A DNA stretch of 64,000 nucleotides from Neoconidiobolus thromboides FSU 785 (Eukaryota > Fungi > Entomophthoromycota): contig MU626277.1 of the NCBI GenBank assembly GCA_025603075.1, positions 3,680 through 67,679 on the forward strand. The letters run 5' to 3'. The notes beneath the pieces are model-generated. The model did not search any database. It was not told the origin of the DNA and saw only the letters and a program-made list of their open reading frames with translations. Made by a program: the position numbers and the translations under genes. The stretch's first letter is position 1; every line of letters starts with the position of its first letter. Below, piece by piece: positions 10,860-23,880 of the stretch.

Positions 10860-11968
10860 ATGGATTCATTAAACGAATTATTAAAATCAGAGATTGAAAA
10901 GAAGAAGCGCCAAATCAACAAAGTAGAAAGTGGAGGCAGAAAGTATTTCAGAAAAGGGGATATAAATAAGCTTCAAGAAGAGGAGTATTTAAAGCAACAA
11001 AAGCTTGAGAGTGAGAAAGCAAAAGTAAGCTTAATAGGAATTTGACTTGAAAGATAATTTAGAATTTAATTTTAATAGAAACAAGCTGATAAAGATGAGC
11101 AATCTGAGCCAGAAAATGAAAAAGAAAAAGAGGTAAGAAATCCTGAAAATACTAAATTCAAGTAATTAATTTCTTATAGGAGGAGCAAGACTCCATTATA
11201 GCCAAACTTCCTGAAGAAGAAGTAATCCGTCGATTGAGGAGCAAAGATCAACCAATAAGATTATTCGGTGAAACAGATAGTCATCGTCATTTACGTTTAA
11301 GAGCCTTAGAACTCATTGAAGAGCGAACAGATGGACAGCGTAATGATTTTATGAATATTTTAGAAGCCATTGACAGTGACATTAAAAATCAAAATTTGGA
11401 GAAGGAGGGAAACAGCAAAAAAAGTAAAGATTATTCTTATTTAAACATCGACACTTCAGAGCTTTCAGTTGATTTATTAAGAACCGATACAGATCGAGCA
11501 TATGGTTTAGTATACATCTATTATAAGCGAGCCTTAAAAGAATGGGAACAGGACATAGCCAATCGTTCAGAGGAAGTAAAACGTAGTGCAGCAGGAAAAA
11601 AAGCAGCAGCTACAATGATGCAAACAACGGATTACATCAAGCCTTTTTTTAGACAATTAAAGAAAAAAACTCTGGATATGGATGTGTTGAAATATATTGT
11701 CAATATCGCTATACAACTCAAACAGAGAGAATACGCTAAAGCTAATGATTATTATTTGAGACTAAGTATTGGTAATGCACCTTGGCCTATTGGTGTTACT
11801 ATGGTTGGTATCCATGAACGTAGTGGTAGAGAAAAAATTCATTCCAATCAGATAGCTCACGTGCTTAACGATGAAACCCAAAGGAAATGGATACAGTCAA
11901 TTAAAAGGATTATGACGTTTTTACAAAACAAATATCCTCCAGAGGATTTATCAAAGTGTGTTGGATAA
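10860..11968 (+). CDS. PRP18: Pre-mRNA splicing factor Prp18, 2 introns
   Basis: LRSKDQPIRLFGET, YLRLSIGNAPWPIGVTMVGIHERSGREKI, AHVLNDETQRKWIQSIKR. Confidence 0.95.
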
Positions 11969-12380
11969 CTGGTTAATAAAAAGTAAGAATTTATAAGTTT
12001 TAATCAGATCTTGTTTGTTTTTATTATTTACTATGGGGATCCCTTAATGCTTTCAACTTTTTATTCATTTTTTAGGCTTGAAATTTACGAATTATTGACT
12101 TTAGGAAGAACTAAAAGAGTTATATTTTATTTAGACTAAATTAAGAAACTAATATGTTTGGTAGAATAAACCTATAGCAGTATTAAAAGGGGTTTCATAT
12201 TTGCTATTATATTAGTAGTAGTAGCAAACGAACTAAACATATACGAAGTGATTCGTTCTTACAAATAACACTTCAAATGGGCAGATATTCAGCACTAATG
12301 AAATGTTAATCAATTTATCTGATATCCTTACTATTTTTTTAGCTGTCATTTTCAAGTATATTAGGAAGTTTATACAATAT

Positions 12381-12479
12381 GGGGATGTGTTTTTTTGCTT
12401 AAGAATTTTATTAGCAATTTTTCCACCGAAATAGTGCCTAAAAATAGAAAAAGTAATGAAACCAACAAAAAGCGCCCCC
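12381..12479 (-). mobile_element. MITE family A
   Basis: ATAT|GGGGATGTGTTTTTT…AAAAAGCGCCCCC|ATAT, 99 bp. Confidence 0.85.
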
Positions 12480-12483
12480 ATAT

Positions 12484-13600
12484 ATTGAAGCTATTCAAAT
12501 ATCAAAAATGCTGTTAATCATGTGTTTAAACAATAGCACTAATGCACTATACCAACAAATAATTTATTTTGAATAGCTAATCAATTTCATCCAATCAATA
12601 TTGGGGTTGCTTCTAACCTACCAAGAACTACTACATCAAAAGTTGTGGTAGGCGTAATAAATAGTAAATGAGGGGTAAGGCTATAACTACTTGTTGCAGA
12701 TACTTTTGTTAAAGGAAATCAAAGGATTGTCTTGAGCACTTCAAGTTTTAAGAAAAAGGTTAAGAAGTATAGAAACTCTTCGAAATTGGCTTCAAAATTA
12801 TCTACTTTAATTTATTTCATAAAACTGCATTTAGTTAAATTGTTTCGCATCTTATAAAAACCATGCAGATCTAAATCATCGCTATCAAATGTTTCTTTGT
12901 CGCCCGAAGTTACAAAACCTAATAAGTAGACTAGATGTTTTAAATTTAAAAAAATAGACTCTAATATCTCTTTTGATAAATGATTAAGACGAGCTTCTCT
13001 CAGAGTCTCTAATCTCAAATAATCAAGATTGGTTGCAGAACTAATTCCAAAGCAACTTAAAGTAACTATACTTCCTTTGTCGATTAAGCTTATACTAAAA
13101 TTTTTATTCTTAGCAGTAAAGTAGGAGCTAGTAAAATTTATTAATTTTATCCGTTTTAATTGTCTCAAATCTTCAAGATAATCAAAAATAGAATCATAAA
13201 AAAATGCCTAATTTCCAAACCTAAGTTAGCAGCTAAGTGCATATATCACAACTTTATTAAAATCTCCAATAAACCTTGTGGTTTTTATTAATACTTATAA
13301 TTTCTTAAACTTTGCTTTAATTCCATCTAATCCCTAAATTATAAATTGACCATATACCACTTACCTTAAGTGGCTTCTTCAATTTTTTTGTATTCAGATA
13401 CTCAGTAATAATTTTAGTTACTGCATCAGAATTATAATATCCAAACACTTCAACTTGGCTTAAGTGTTCATTGAATGGATATAATGGAGAATCTGTGTTC
13501 ACTATGAAATCGGTAGTTGTTAAGAAGTTAGGGATCTTCTTGAAATTTTTATTCGTTTTGGCAAAGAATCAATTCTTAGGTAATAAGTGAGCAGAGACTG
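12484..13600 (-). pseudogene. Degraded coding remnant, possibly LRR/RNI-like
   Basis: ORFs 13317-13502 and 12812-13168 are in different frames. The second reads on through several stops (MK*IKVDNFEANFEEFLYFL…LEVLKTIL*). Leu-rich spacing (LDYLRLETL, LKHLVYL). Confidence 0.4.
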
Positions 13601-14446
13601 ATTAAGCCGTTTTAGTTAATTGAAAATTAAACCCTATCCTACCTTTCCCTAGCTCTTCTAACCCTAACTCTAACTTTAGCGTTAATACTACTTATATATA
13701 AGTTATTTTTCTAAGCTTAAGCTGGATTGTTTTTTTCAGTTGATACTTTCTTTAACTATAAAAGGAAATAAGTTTTGCAAAAATTAGCAGAGGAAAAAAA
13801 GGCTCCTACTTTTCTCAACTCCCGCCCTGTTGACACTGTTATCATTGTTATCATAACCCCTGTTCCCGCCACTTCCACTGTTACTTTTATTATTGCTATT
13901 GCTACTTGTATAATTGGAATTATTGTTAAGTTTAAACCGTCAATCAACAATACAATCGCTATTTTCACTGCTATTAGATATATATGTGTGGTTTATGAAT
14001 ATTGAATCTGGGCATTTATTTAAACATCTGGTTTTATCACTACCTATACTAATGTGTCTCATCAACTTGCTGTTTTTTTTATAAGTTCTTGTTAATAGAA
14101 TCGATACCTATTAATGTCTCTTTGGTTATAATTAATAAATAGAACTATACTTAACTATTTTACTTGCAATTATAAATAAATATGTTCAAAAAGCACAAAT
14201 CTATCTATCTTTCTAGATATACTAACTTACAGGTCTCTCCTAATATAATATCAGGTAAAACAGGTCAGACTTCTATTCCATTTTGAAATAAAATTAATAA
14301 AAAGAAAAGAACTAAAATTAACTATTCTGTCATTTAATCTTGCTAAAACTTTGTAGGGGATTTTGATTAAAAACAAGTACATAAAAGCCATTAATGCTTT
14401 TAGGAGTTTGATAAAAGATTGACTTGTGATATTGCTATCGAAATAG

Positions 14447-14545
14447 ATCCATGTGCCTTTTTGTTTAGAAATTTCTCTAGCAACTTTTTCACTCAATATG
14501 AGATAAAAAAATAGAAAAGTAAATAATTCAAAAAGATATATCCCC
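14447..14545 (-). mobile_element. MITE family A, diverged
   Basis: Reverse complement GGGGATATATCTTTTTG…TTACTTTTCTATTTTT…TATTGAGTGAAAAAGTTGCTAG…TTTCTAAACAAAAA. Confidence 0.55.
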
Positions 14546-14797
14546 GTATGAAATATGAGTGTTGTTTATTGGTTTAATCTATAATTTTTATAATTACCAA
14601 GCTTAAGCAGTGGACAGATGCTAAGAAAAATATTACCTCATTTTTCAGATTGTTCTTATAACCACTAATCCTCAATAGAAAAATTTGGAAAGTAGAAAAG
14701 GTGAAATTAACAATTAAGCTTAATGATTGGCTGTCAATAAATGAATTTTTATTTATTAACAGTGACGAACAACCTTACCAAATATTTTTATTTCTCC

Positions 14798-16945
14798 ATG
14801 AAACTCAAAAACTTAGTATTAAGCTTATTAGTGGTGGTACCATCAGCAAATGCCTTCTACCTTCCAGGTTTAAACCCGCAAAACTATAAAGAAGGGGACA
14901 AAGTAGAGTTAGTGGTCAATGCTTTACAACCTATCATCAGTAAACGGGATCAAAAATTACGTTCGGTATTACCTTTAAGTTATTATAAACCCGAATTCCA
15001 TTTCTGTGAGCCTAAAGTCAAAGAATTAAAAAGTGAAAATTTAGGATCTGTTTTATTCGGTGATCGATTATATTCTTCGCCTTATGAGATCAATATGCTA
15101 AGGAACAGCACCTGTAAATTACTCTGTGAAAAAGAGATACCAGCTATAGACGGAGAATTCATTAATGAAAAAATCAAAGAACATTATGCTCATGATTGGT
15201 TGATCGATGGCTTACCAGTATCTCATGATACAACTAAAGACTCAAATTCAAACAGTTTATACTCAATCGGGTTTACCATTGGTGAAGCAAATAATAACGA
15301 TATCCCCATCTTTTATAACCACTTTGATATCATTATCCAATATCATACCACCGATTATGAAAATTATAGAGTGGTTGGAGCACAAGTATATCCAAAGAGT
15401 AAAGATACTAAATTAAAAAATGGAGTACCAGATTGTAGCATAAAAGAAAGCTTAAGATTGAGTAGTACGCTGGTTAATAAAGAAGTATTATTCACCTATT
15501 CAGTTGGATGGGAGTATTCAGAGACCCCTTGGGCTACAAGATGGGATGCTTACTTGAAGATTCCGGATTCAACAATTCACTGGTTTTCATTGATTAATTC
15601 ATCAGTGATTGTATTATTTTTAACTGGTATGGTAGCTATGATTCTATTGAGAGCATTACACAAAGATATTTCAAGGTATAATCAAATTGAAACCCAGGTA
15701 ATTTAGATTTAACTTTATAATGTTTAAATTTATGTTTAACTATGGTTATTCATGTAGGAGGATATCCAAGAAGATTTTGGTTGGAAACTAGTACATGGGG
15801 ATGTGTTTAGAAACCCATCGCATTCCATGTTATTATCTATTATGGTAGGAAATGGACTACAATTATTAGGCATGGCATTTGTAACTTTAGGTAATAAGTA
15901 ACAATAGCATTAGAAAAAGATATTAATATAATTTTTAGTATTTGCCACTTTAGGATTTCTTACACCAACAATGCGAGGATCTTTAGTTACTTGTATGGTA
16001 GTATTATATATGTTATTCGGTTTAATTTCTGGTTACACTTCATCAAGATTATATAAAATGTTTCAAGGTCAGAATCTTAAAACAAACATGATATTAACTG
16101 CTATTTTATTTCCAGGGTAAGCTTATTTCAATTCATTTTTTTAGTACAAATTAATATTTTTTTACCTTAAACAGAATCATTTTTACCTTATTTATTTTAT
16201 TAAACTTCTTTTTAATTGGATCTGGTTCTTCAGCTGCTGTTCCTTTTAGTACCATGTTTACTATGATTACCCTTTGGTTCTTAATTTCAATACCTTTATC
16301 CTTATTTGGTTCTTATCTTGGATTTAAGAAACCTGTAAGTATATATTATATCATAGTTCTGTTATTTATATTAAACCCTTGTATTTAGAGAATTACTCAT
16401 CAAGTACGTACAAACCAAATTCCTCGTCAGATCCCAGCTCAGCCAATGTACCTCAAACTAATTCCAACCATTTTAGTGGGTGGTATCCTTCCTTTTGGTG
16501 CAATCTTCCTTGAGCTATACTTTATTATGAACTCATTATGGTTTCATCGGTTATATTATATTTTTGGGTTTTTATTTTTAGTATTTATAATATTAATATT
16601 GACTTGTTCTCAAGTCAGTATATTATTATGTTACTTTCATTTATGTTCTGAAAATTATCATTGGTGGTGGCGATCTTATTTTACTGCTGGCGCATCGGCA
16701 TTTTATGTGTTTTTATTATCTATATTATATTTTTTTACTAGATTGCAGTTGGATTCGTTTTCTTCTATTGTTATCTATTTTGGTTGGTCTATTATTGTGT
16801 CTGTGTTTACTTTTTTGATTACGGGTAAATTCTTTGATGTTTATTTATTTATTTAATATTGACTTTTATTTTATTAGGCTCTGCTGGATTTATAGCTTGC
16901 TTGTTATTTGTTAGAAAAATTTATAGATCCATTAAGATTGATTAA
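14798..16945 (+). CDS. EMP70: Transmembrane 9 superfamily protein (EMP70/TMN, TM9SF2/4-like), spliced
   Basis: Signal peptide then FYLPG, SENLGSVLFGDR, IHWFSLINS, EDFGWKLVHGDVFR, WWWRSY and C-terminal IKID*. ATG 14798 is the likely start. Confidence 0.95.
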
Positions 16946-17177
16946 GGAGTTTAGTTTATGTTTGCATTTTTGACAATGCTTTATTCTGAAACACATAGCT
17001 TTTATTTTTGTAATTAGCCAGATTTGACATAGTAATTTAATAAAAACTTGTTAAATTTAGTATAAATCTAAATTGTTGTAAAATAAAAAATTTGATTTTA
17101 TAAACGAAAATAGTAATAATTAAGTTTTAATCCCAATAATATACTGGAATTTATTTCAAGAGAATTCATCAATAATT

Positions 17178-19139
17178 TTAAACAATGGAACAATCTTCAG
17201 CATAAACTACTGTTTCTTGAGAATAGGCAACTGAATCTTGAGTTTCATTTGAAATTACTTCAGTAATCTAATTAAACAATAAATAAATAAAACACAGTTG
17301 GTACAAAAATACTTACATTTAACCCTGAAATCAATTGATTTGAAATAAATTCTAGTGAAACAGGGAAGAAAGATTCACCTTGATCATCAGATGGAGCATT
17401 AAATTCAAGCTGGCATTCACTTTGCTCTTCATTGAGGGAAGGAAGTTGCCATACTAAACAAGAATCATCGGAAAGGGTACAATCACCATGATATTCTCCT
17501 AATTCAGGTTCATCCCCACTACTATTAAATAAAAGTTAATAAAAATAACGAAATTTAAGTAATAAAATTAACTTACGGAATTGGGATACTAAAGATGAAA
17601 TCATTGATTTCTACATTATTATCTTCTCTTCTGACTTCAATTGTGATATCACAACTATTGTTATTAGAAGGTGATACCCAACAAGTAACTATAAATTATA
17701 TTATATATTACTTTAAAATCAATAATAAAAATTACCTGAGAAAGGTAGTTTATTACTATTCTTATTTTCCAATTTCCACTTTAAAATACCAACTGATTGA
17801 TTTACTGGGAAACCACGATTTTGATCTTTAAGTGTTAATGTATAATCGTTATTAAAAGTATTTTTATCCATTTTAGGGTTTGTCTAATAAATAAAAATAT
17901 GTTAATTTATTGAGACCCCTTTTTCAATTATCAAAAAATGAATTTACCATAAATTGATAATCACTTTGATTTGGTACTCCTAAACTAGCTTTAATAAAAG
18001 AGTATGCTTCATTATGAACCATAACTGAAAGCTCTCCTCTCAAGTCCATAGAATGAATACCTCCATCTCGACTTAATTTGGCATATACTTTTTCTTCAAA
18101 TTTAAAGTGGATACTAAAAAAATAAAATAAAATAATAAATAAAATCAATTATAATCTATCTTACTCTTCTTGATCCTCATAATTAGCCTCATTTTGATCG
18201 TATGAATCATCCATTTCAATTTCCGGTTGAATAGAAGATATAACTTTATTACTTTTACTTTTACTTCCTAATTTCATACCACTCCCAGAAGACCTTAAAT
18301 CATTTTAATTTTAATTCTAAAGAGCATTAAACTAATTGATTACTTCTTTTTAGTGACTGGTTCATAATTGGTCATTTTTGAAGGTGTGATATCCGTTTGT
18401 ACTGGTTTGTAACCACCTTGGTTAGAACTAGATAAAGTATTTGGCTTTTCTCTATTGGCCAAAGCATCCCTCTTTCTTTGCTCATCCATAAGTTTAATCT
18501 TTTCTCTCATCATTTCTTTAGCTTCTTTTTCTTTATTCTAAAATAAAAATTTATAGGAAGTTTTTTATTTTAGTACTAACACAAAATTGTTACCTTAGCA
18601 ATAATCTCTTGAATACGTTCTTCATGAGATTCCATTTCAATAGTATTAGAAATCTGAGCTAAAGTCACCGAATCTCTATAACCTAAACTAACAATCTCAT
18701 CAAAACCAGATAATAAATCAAAACTATTTTCTAAAACTTTATCCTCATCTGTAGAGTGACAAATTTTATTAAATACTCGTCCCATTAATCTTAAAGTTTC
18801 TATATCTTGTAATATATTTGATTGTCGATTGGTTAATAAGATTAAAAATAAATTATCCATGGGTTGATATACATAACGTATATTATCCGTTTCTATAATC
18901 GTATGTTGAGATCCACTACCGGTTAATTTTGGAAATGCGCTCAATAAACCTTCGATTCTAGACTTGGGTACTTCTACAAACTGACGTGAAACAAGCACTA
19001 AGTATACATATTAATGAATTATTATATTACAGTAATATTTTAGTTACCTTTCCCACTGGCGGTACATAAAGATGCAGCTAAAACAACCTAAGTCAATAGT
19101 TAGTTTTACTTGAATTCATAGTCAACTAATTGTTACCAT
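17178..19139 (-). CDS. RET2: Coatomer subunit delta, spliced
   Basis: M|VVLAASLCTASGK|ALVSRQFVEVPKSRIEGLLSAFPKL, YVYQPM, SNILQDIETL, MESHEERIQEII, and mu-homology C-terminus. Confidence 0.95.
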
Positions 19140-19529
19140 GATTTAATTAAACAATAAAATTTAAAAGCTGTAAACTAAAAGTTTAGTGCTTTTATTTTGC
19201 CACGTAAAAGTTCGATTTGAAATTTTGATTGGTTTTAATATTATTTGTGAGAAATTTAAGTTATTTATTAATCTTGGACTAATAAATCAATCAATATTTT
19301 ATGAATTAATATTTAAAAAGCCTAAAGTGACTATAAACTCAAATTTATAAAAAAAGCTATTTCTTTAATACTTGACATGAACTAATTTTAATATTAAATA
19401 TTTTATTTCTATTGTAAATACTCTATTTAAAAGAATATATAATCAATATATTTTAAATTCCCAAATACTTTTTTATTTATTTACTAAACAAAAAAAATTA
19501 TCTATCTAATAACTCATTTTCCCTTCTTC

Positions 19530-20902
19530 TTAAAGCTTAGGTTGCTCTCCAGTAATTAAAACAAAAGCTTCAATATATTTATTTAATGTAGCTTGAACAA
19601 CGTCTTCAGGTAAAGTTACTGGATCGGATGTATCTTTATTAAAGCCATTGTCTAATAGATAATTTCTTACATATTGTTTATCAAAACTGATAAAAAAGAG
19701 TATCATCAATGAAAATTATTTAAATAAAATTAATATAATTAATTACCTATCTTGTCCTCGCCCAGCTTCATATTTATCTACTGGCCAAAAACGGGAAGAA
19801 TCTATTTAATTATTATCATTACTATATATTTTAATAAATATTAAATTACCTGGAGTTAATACCTCATCAGCTAAAGTAAATTGACCATTTTGATCAACAC
19901 CAAATTCAAATTTGGTATCTGCAATAATAATACCTTTTGATAGTGCATAATCTCTAGCCTAATAAATGATTATAAATAAATAGATTTATTAAAATATTAT
20001 TTCTTTTCTATATTTACCTTTTCGTATAATTTAATAGCTACACTTTCCATTAAATTGGCTTTTTCCTCACCAATTAACTTAGCCACTACAATAAACATCA
20101 ATATAAACATACAAATTTAATTCATTTTTAATAAGAATTTACCTTCTCTAGGATGTATGTTTTCATCTAAAGTAATAATAAAATAATAAATAAATGCCCG
20201 TCCAATAAATAAATAAAAAATAGACTTACCATGACCACCGATCTCAGCTTTAGTAGAAGGAGTAAATAATGGTCTTTCTAACTTTTGAGATTCTTTCAAA
20301 CCAACAGGCAATTGGATATCACAAACAGTGCCTTTATTTTGATATTCTTTCCAACCAGAACCTAAATCCAATTTCTATTAACACATTATCCCACTTTTTA
20401 TAATATCTTTTCAACTTACCAGTAATATACCCTCGGACAATAGCTTCTACTGGTAAAATTTCCAATTTTTTAACTAACATACAACGTCCTTCTAATTGAT
20501 TTCTGTACTTTTTAACACTTTCTGGCATCTCTTCAAAGTTAGCAGTAATCAAATGATGCCCATTGACTTCACTTAATAAATGAAACCAAAATAAACTTAA
20601 CTGAGTTAAGATTTTCCCTTTGTTTGGGATACCCTAGAGAATTGAAATAGTAGAGATTAATATATAGGTTCTTCTTGAGTTTATCTGAATAGATGTTTCA
20701 TGAAGATAAGGTGTATTATGAGGTAAAACATAAGATTATTGACTAAATTACTTACATTGTTCATAACAACATCAAAAGCAGATAGTCTATCCGTGGCAAC
20801 AAATAATAAACTCTTTTCATCAACAGAATAAACATCGCGTACTTTACCACGAGCTAATAGTTCTAAATCAGGACAATTGGATTCTAATAAAACGTTGCTC
20901 AT
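19530..20902 (-). CDS. ADE1: SAICAR synthetase, spliced
   Basis: [76 protein letters not shown]. Confidence 0.97.
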
Positions 20903-21442
20903 CTTGTTTTTGAATTGTTGATTAATAGTTGTTTTGGTTTTTTCGCAGAATTGATAAAATTTGAATTTTTTTTAGTCAACTTTTTTTAGTTAATTTTGTT
21001 CATTTTCTACCCAATAAAGAGTCGAGATTTTTAGGTTGTTAGGATTACTGAAATGAGTAATATTTTTGTTGAAGCTTCTATTTATAAAGACAATAGAAGT
21101 TGTTGAGGATAAGCTAATTGATATTATTACTATTATCTTTGTCTCTATACTTATCATTAATATAAGCTTATCTATTTTGTATATTAATAGAATTTAATAT
21201 ATATAGAAATCCATTACTCAATTTTCAGATCTTCTTACACTCAAAAAAATTTTAACTCTTCAAAAACTGCGGACTTTTATAAAAGTAATTTTTCTTAGCA
21301 TTTAAAAAACAGTTCTTTTAATTGAAGCCTTAAAAAATTGAACAAAATATAATTTCCCTTCCCAAATTTCTTTTTCAAATCCAAATTCATTTGAAATTTC
21401 AATTTCGAAAAATTCAAACTGAATTTTTTTAAAGTAGAAAAT

Positions 21443-23667
21443 ATGGTATCTAAAAAGAGCAGTGAGTTCAAATCGAATGAAGAGGTTTTAAATACAAAAC
21501 AATTAGAAGATGATAATGAATTAGAGATAAACCAGGGAGATCTAGAAGATGAAAGAGAAGAAGCGGAGGAGAGTGGAGAAGAGATGGAAGAAGAAGACAT
21601 TTCTGAAGCTGAAGAAGAGGCTGACGAAGAAGAAAGTTCTGAAGTAGAAACTTTAGCAAAAAGTCTTAAAAGAAAAAACACTCATTCTGACAGTGAAGAA
21701 GAATATGAAAAAGATGAATATGAAGAAGAGCTTGAAGCTTTAGTATTTGGTGTTAAAGATAATGAAGAGTTGAAGAGTACCCTTGATTTTACTAATAATC
21801 AATTGGATTTGGAAAACAGAAAACAATCTGAAGTTGTGTTTGATCAAAGTGGTAAAGAAGTGAGTGTATTTTTATGTTATTTAATTCGTAGGATTAATAT
21901 GAATCATTTTTTCAGTTATTTCATTTAGATGCTGGCGTAGTACAAGAAGGTGAGGAAGAAGAAGATAGCGAATTGAGTGAGGAGAGTGAAGAAGAAGAAA
22001 CTGAAGGTAATATTAAAATATAAGGGTTAAATAAAGGAATAAGCTAACTTGAAATAATAAATAGAAAAAGCAGCATGGGTGGATGATGATGATGAACAAG
22101 AAGTAATAGCTATTGCAAAAGAAGTAAAATTAAAGAAATATCGAGTTACTGAAAATGATGTTCAAATTTCAGGTGATAAATTGCAAGAAAAATTAAGAGA
22201 AACGTAAATATGTTTTGATTTAAATTCTATTGATTAATATTAATATTTATTTTAAATAGACATAAAAAATTAAATAATGAACCTACATGGGCTACTACTT
22301 TAGATACTTTGGATGATGAAATCATGGCACCATTTAGAAAAGTAAATGGTGTTATTGATACTAGTTTAAGTATCAAACGTTTAGATTCTGAAAAATTACC
22401 ATACGAACGTTGTCCGGATATTACTAAATCAAAACAACTTCAGGTAATTTATAGTTTGATTGTTATTTATAAATATAAGTTACTAATAATTAATTTTAGG
22501 GTTCTATTAAGTTTACTGAATTTCATGAAAATGGGGAAGTAGTTATGTTAGCGGGTAACAAAAATCCAATCAGTTTGTTTAGAGTAAGTTTACTTTAATA
22601 TATAATAATTTTATAATAATTTTATAATAATTTTATAACAATTTTATGATAATTTTATAATAATCTTATAATAAATAGGTAGATGGTAAAAATAATCCAT
22701 TAATAAAAGAAATAAATCCACCAATCAAAGATTATACTTCAGCTAAATTTATTAATGGAGGACAACAAATTATCGTCTCTAGTAAAACCACACAATTTTA
22801 TGTAATTGATGTAGAGAGTGGAAATATTAACAGTAGTAGATTAAAAAATGAAAAATATCGAGGCGGGTTCGATATTGCCACTACCATCTCTCCCAATTCG
22901 AATTATATAGCGTTTGCTTCTACATTAAATTCGGGAATCCATTTAGTCAACAGTCAAACTAAAATGTTAATGGGAACAATGAATTTACCGGATGGAATAC
23001 CAAAATCAATTTGTTTCGATAAAAATGAAAATTTATTATATACATTATCAAGCACCTCAAATGTTTATTGTTGGGATATTAGGATGTTAAGATGTATTAA
23101 TAAATTTCAAGATTTTGCTGGATTTAAAGCCTCATCTATGTCAATGAGTCCAGATAATAATTATTTATGCATTGGGTAAGGAATTTAAATTTTATAAATC
23201 ATTTGTTATAAATAGTTGTATGTGAATAATTTTCAATTAATTAATTTATTTTTATTTAGTTCAGAAACTGGAATTGTTAATTTATATGAAACTAAAGATT
23301 TAAATAATAATAATCCTAAACCAATTAAAGAAATTAAAAATCTAGTAACCAAAATTGATAACTGTACTTTTAACCATTCGTCTCAAATATTAGCTATTTC
23401 TTCTTCCGATAAAAGAGATCAAGTGAAATTGGTAAGTCATCAATATTTCTAACAATTAATATAAGATAACATTATTCTTTTATTTATTATTTATTCCTTT
23501 AGTTTGATATTAATAGCAAAAAAGCCTTCGCTAATTGGCCCATGTTAAATACCCCCATTTCTCATGCTACATCAATAGCATTTTCACCTAATTCAGGTTA
23601 TTTTGCGGTGGGCAATCAAAATGGTAGAGCACTCTTGTTCCGTTTACATAGTTTTCCTACTGCTTAA
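21443..23667 (+). CDS. UTP18: U3 snoRNP WD40 protein Utp18, spliced
   Basis: Acidic N-terminus with LEALVFG and AAWVDDDD, WD40 exons, and C-terminal FANWP…TPISHATSIAFSPNSGYFAVGNQNGRALLFRL. Confidence 0.88.
22601..22676. repeat. 11-bp minisatellite (TATAATAATTT)x~7 inside a UTP18 intron
   Basis: Direct reading of tandem units with three single-base variants. Confidence 0.9.
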
Positions 23668-23880
23668 AGAGTTGATTTATTATATAAATAATAGATGAAC
23701 GAATTGAATTTTTTTTGGGATATACAGAGAAGAGTAACTTTAAAAAAAAATTACGAATAAAAATTACATTATAGAGATTCAAGTAAATGTTTTTTGTTGA
23801 TTTGATCATGATTTTCTTAAATTAAAAAGTACTTTCTTTTTTAGAAGCTTTATTTTTTCTTATCTAGTTTAAAATTAATA

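Noticed and set aside
12233-12481. ORF MGALFVGF… and similar short ORFs at 8918-9232 and 14251-14496
   Set aside because: They overlap MITE copies or low-complexity spacer and show no protein features.
13628-13680. Telomere-like AACCCTAACTCTAAC
   Set aside because: Only one exact CCCTAA plus a variant, too short to call an interstitial telomere.
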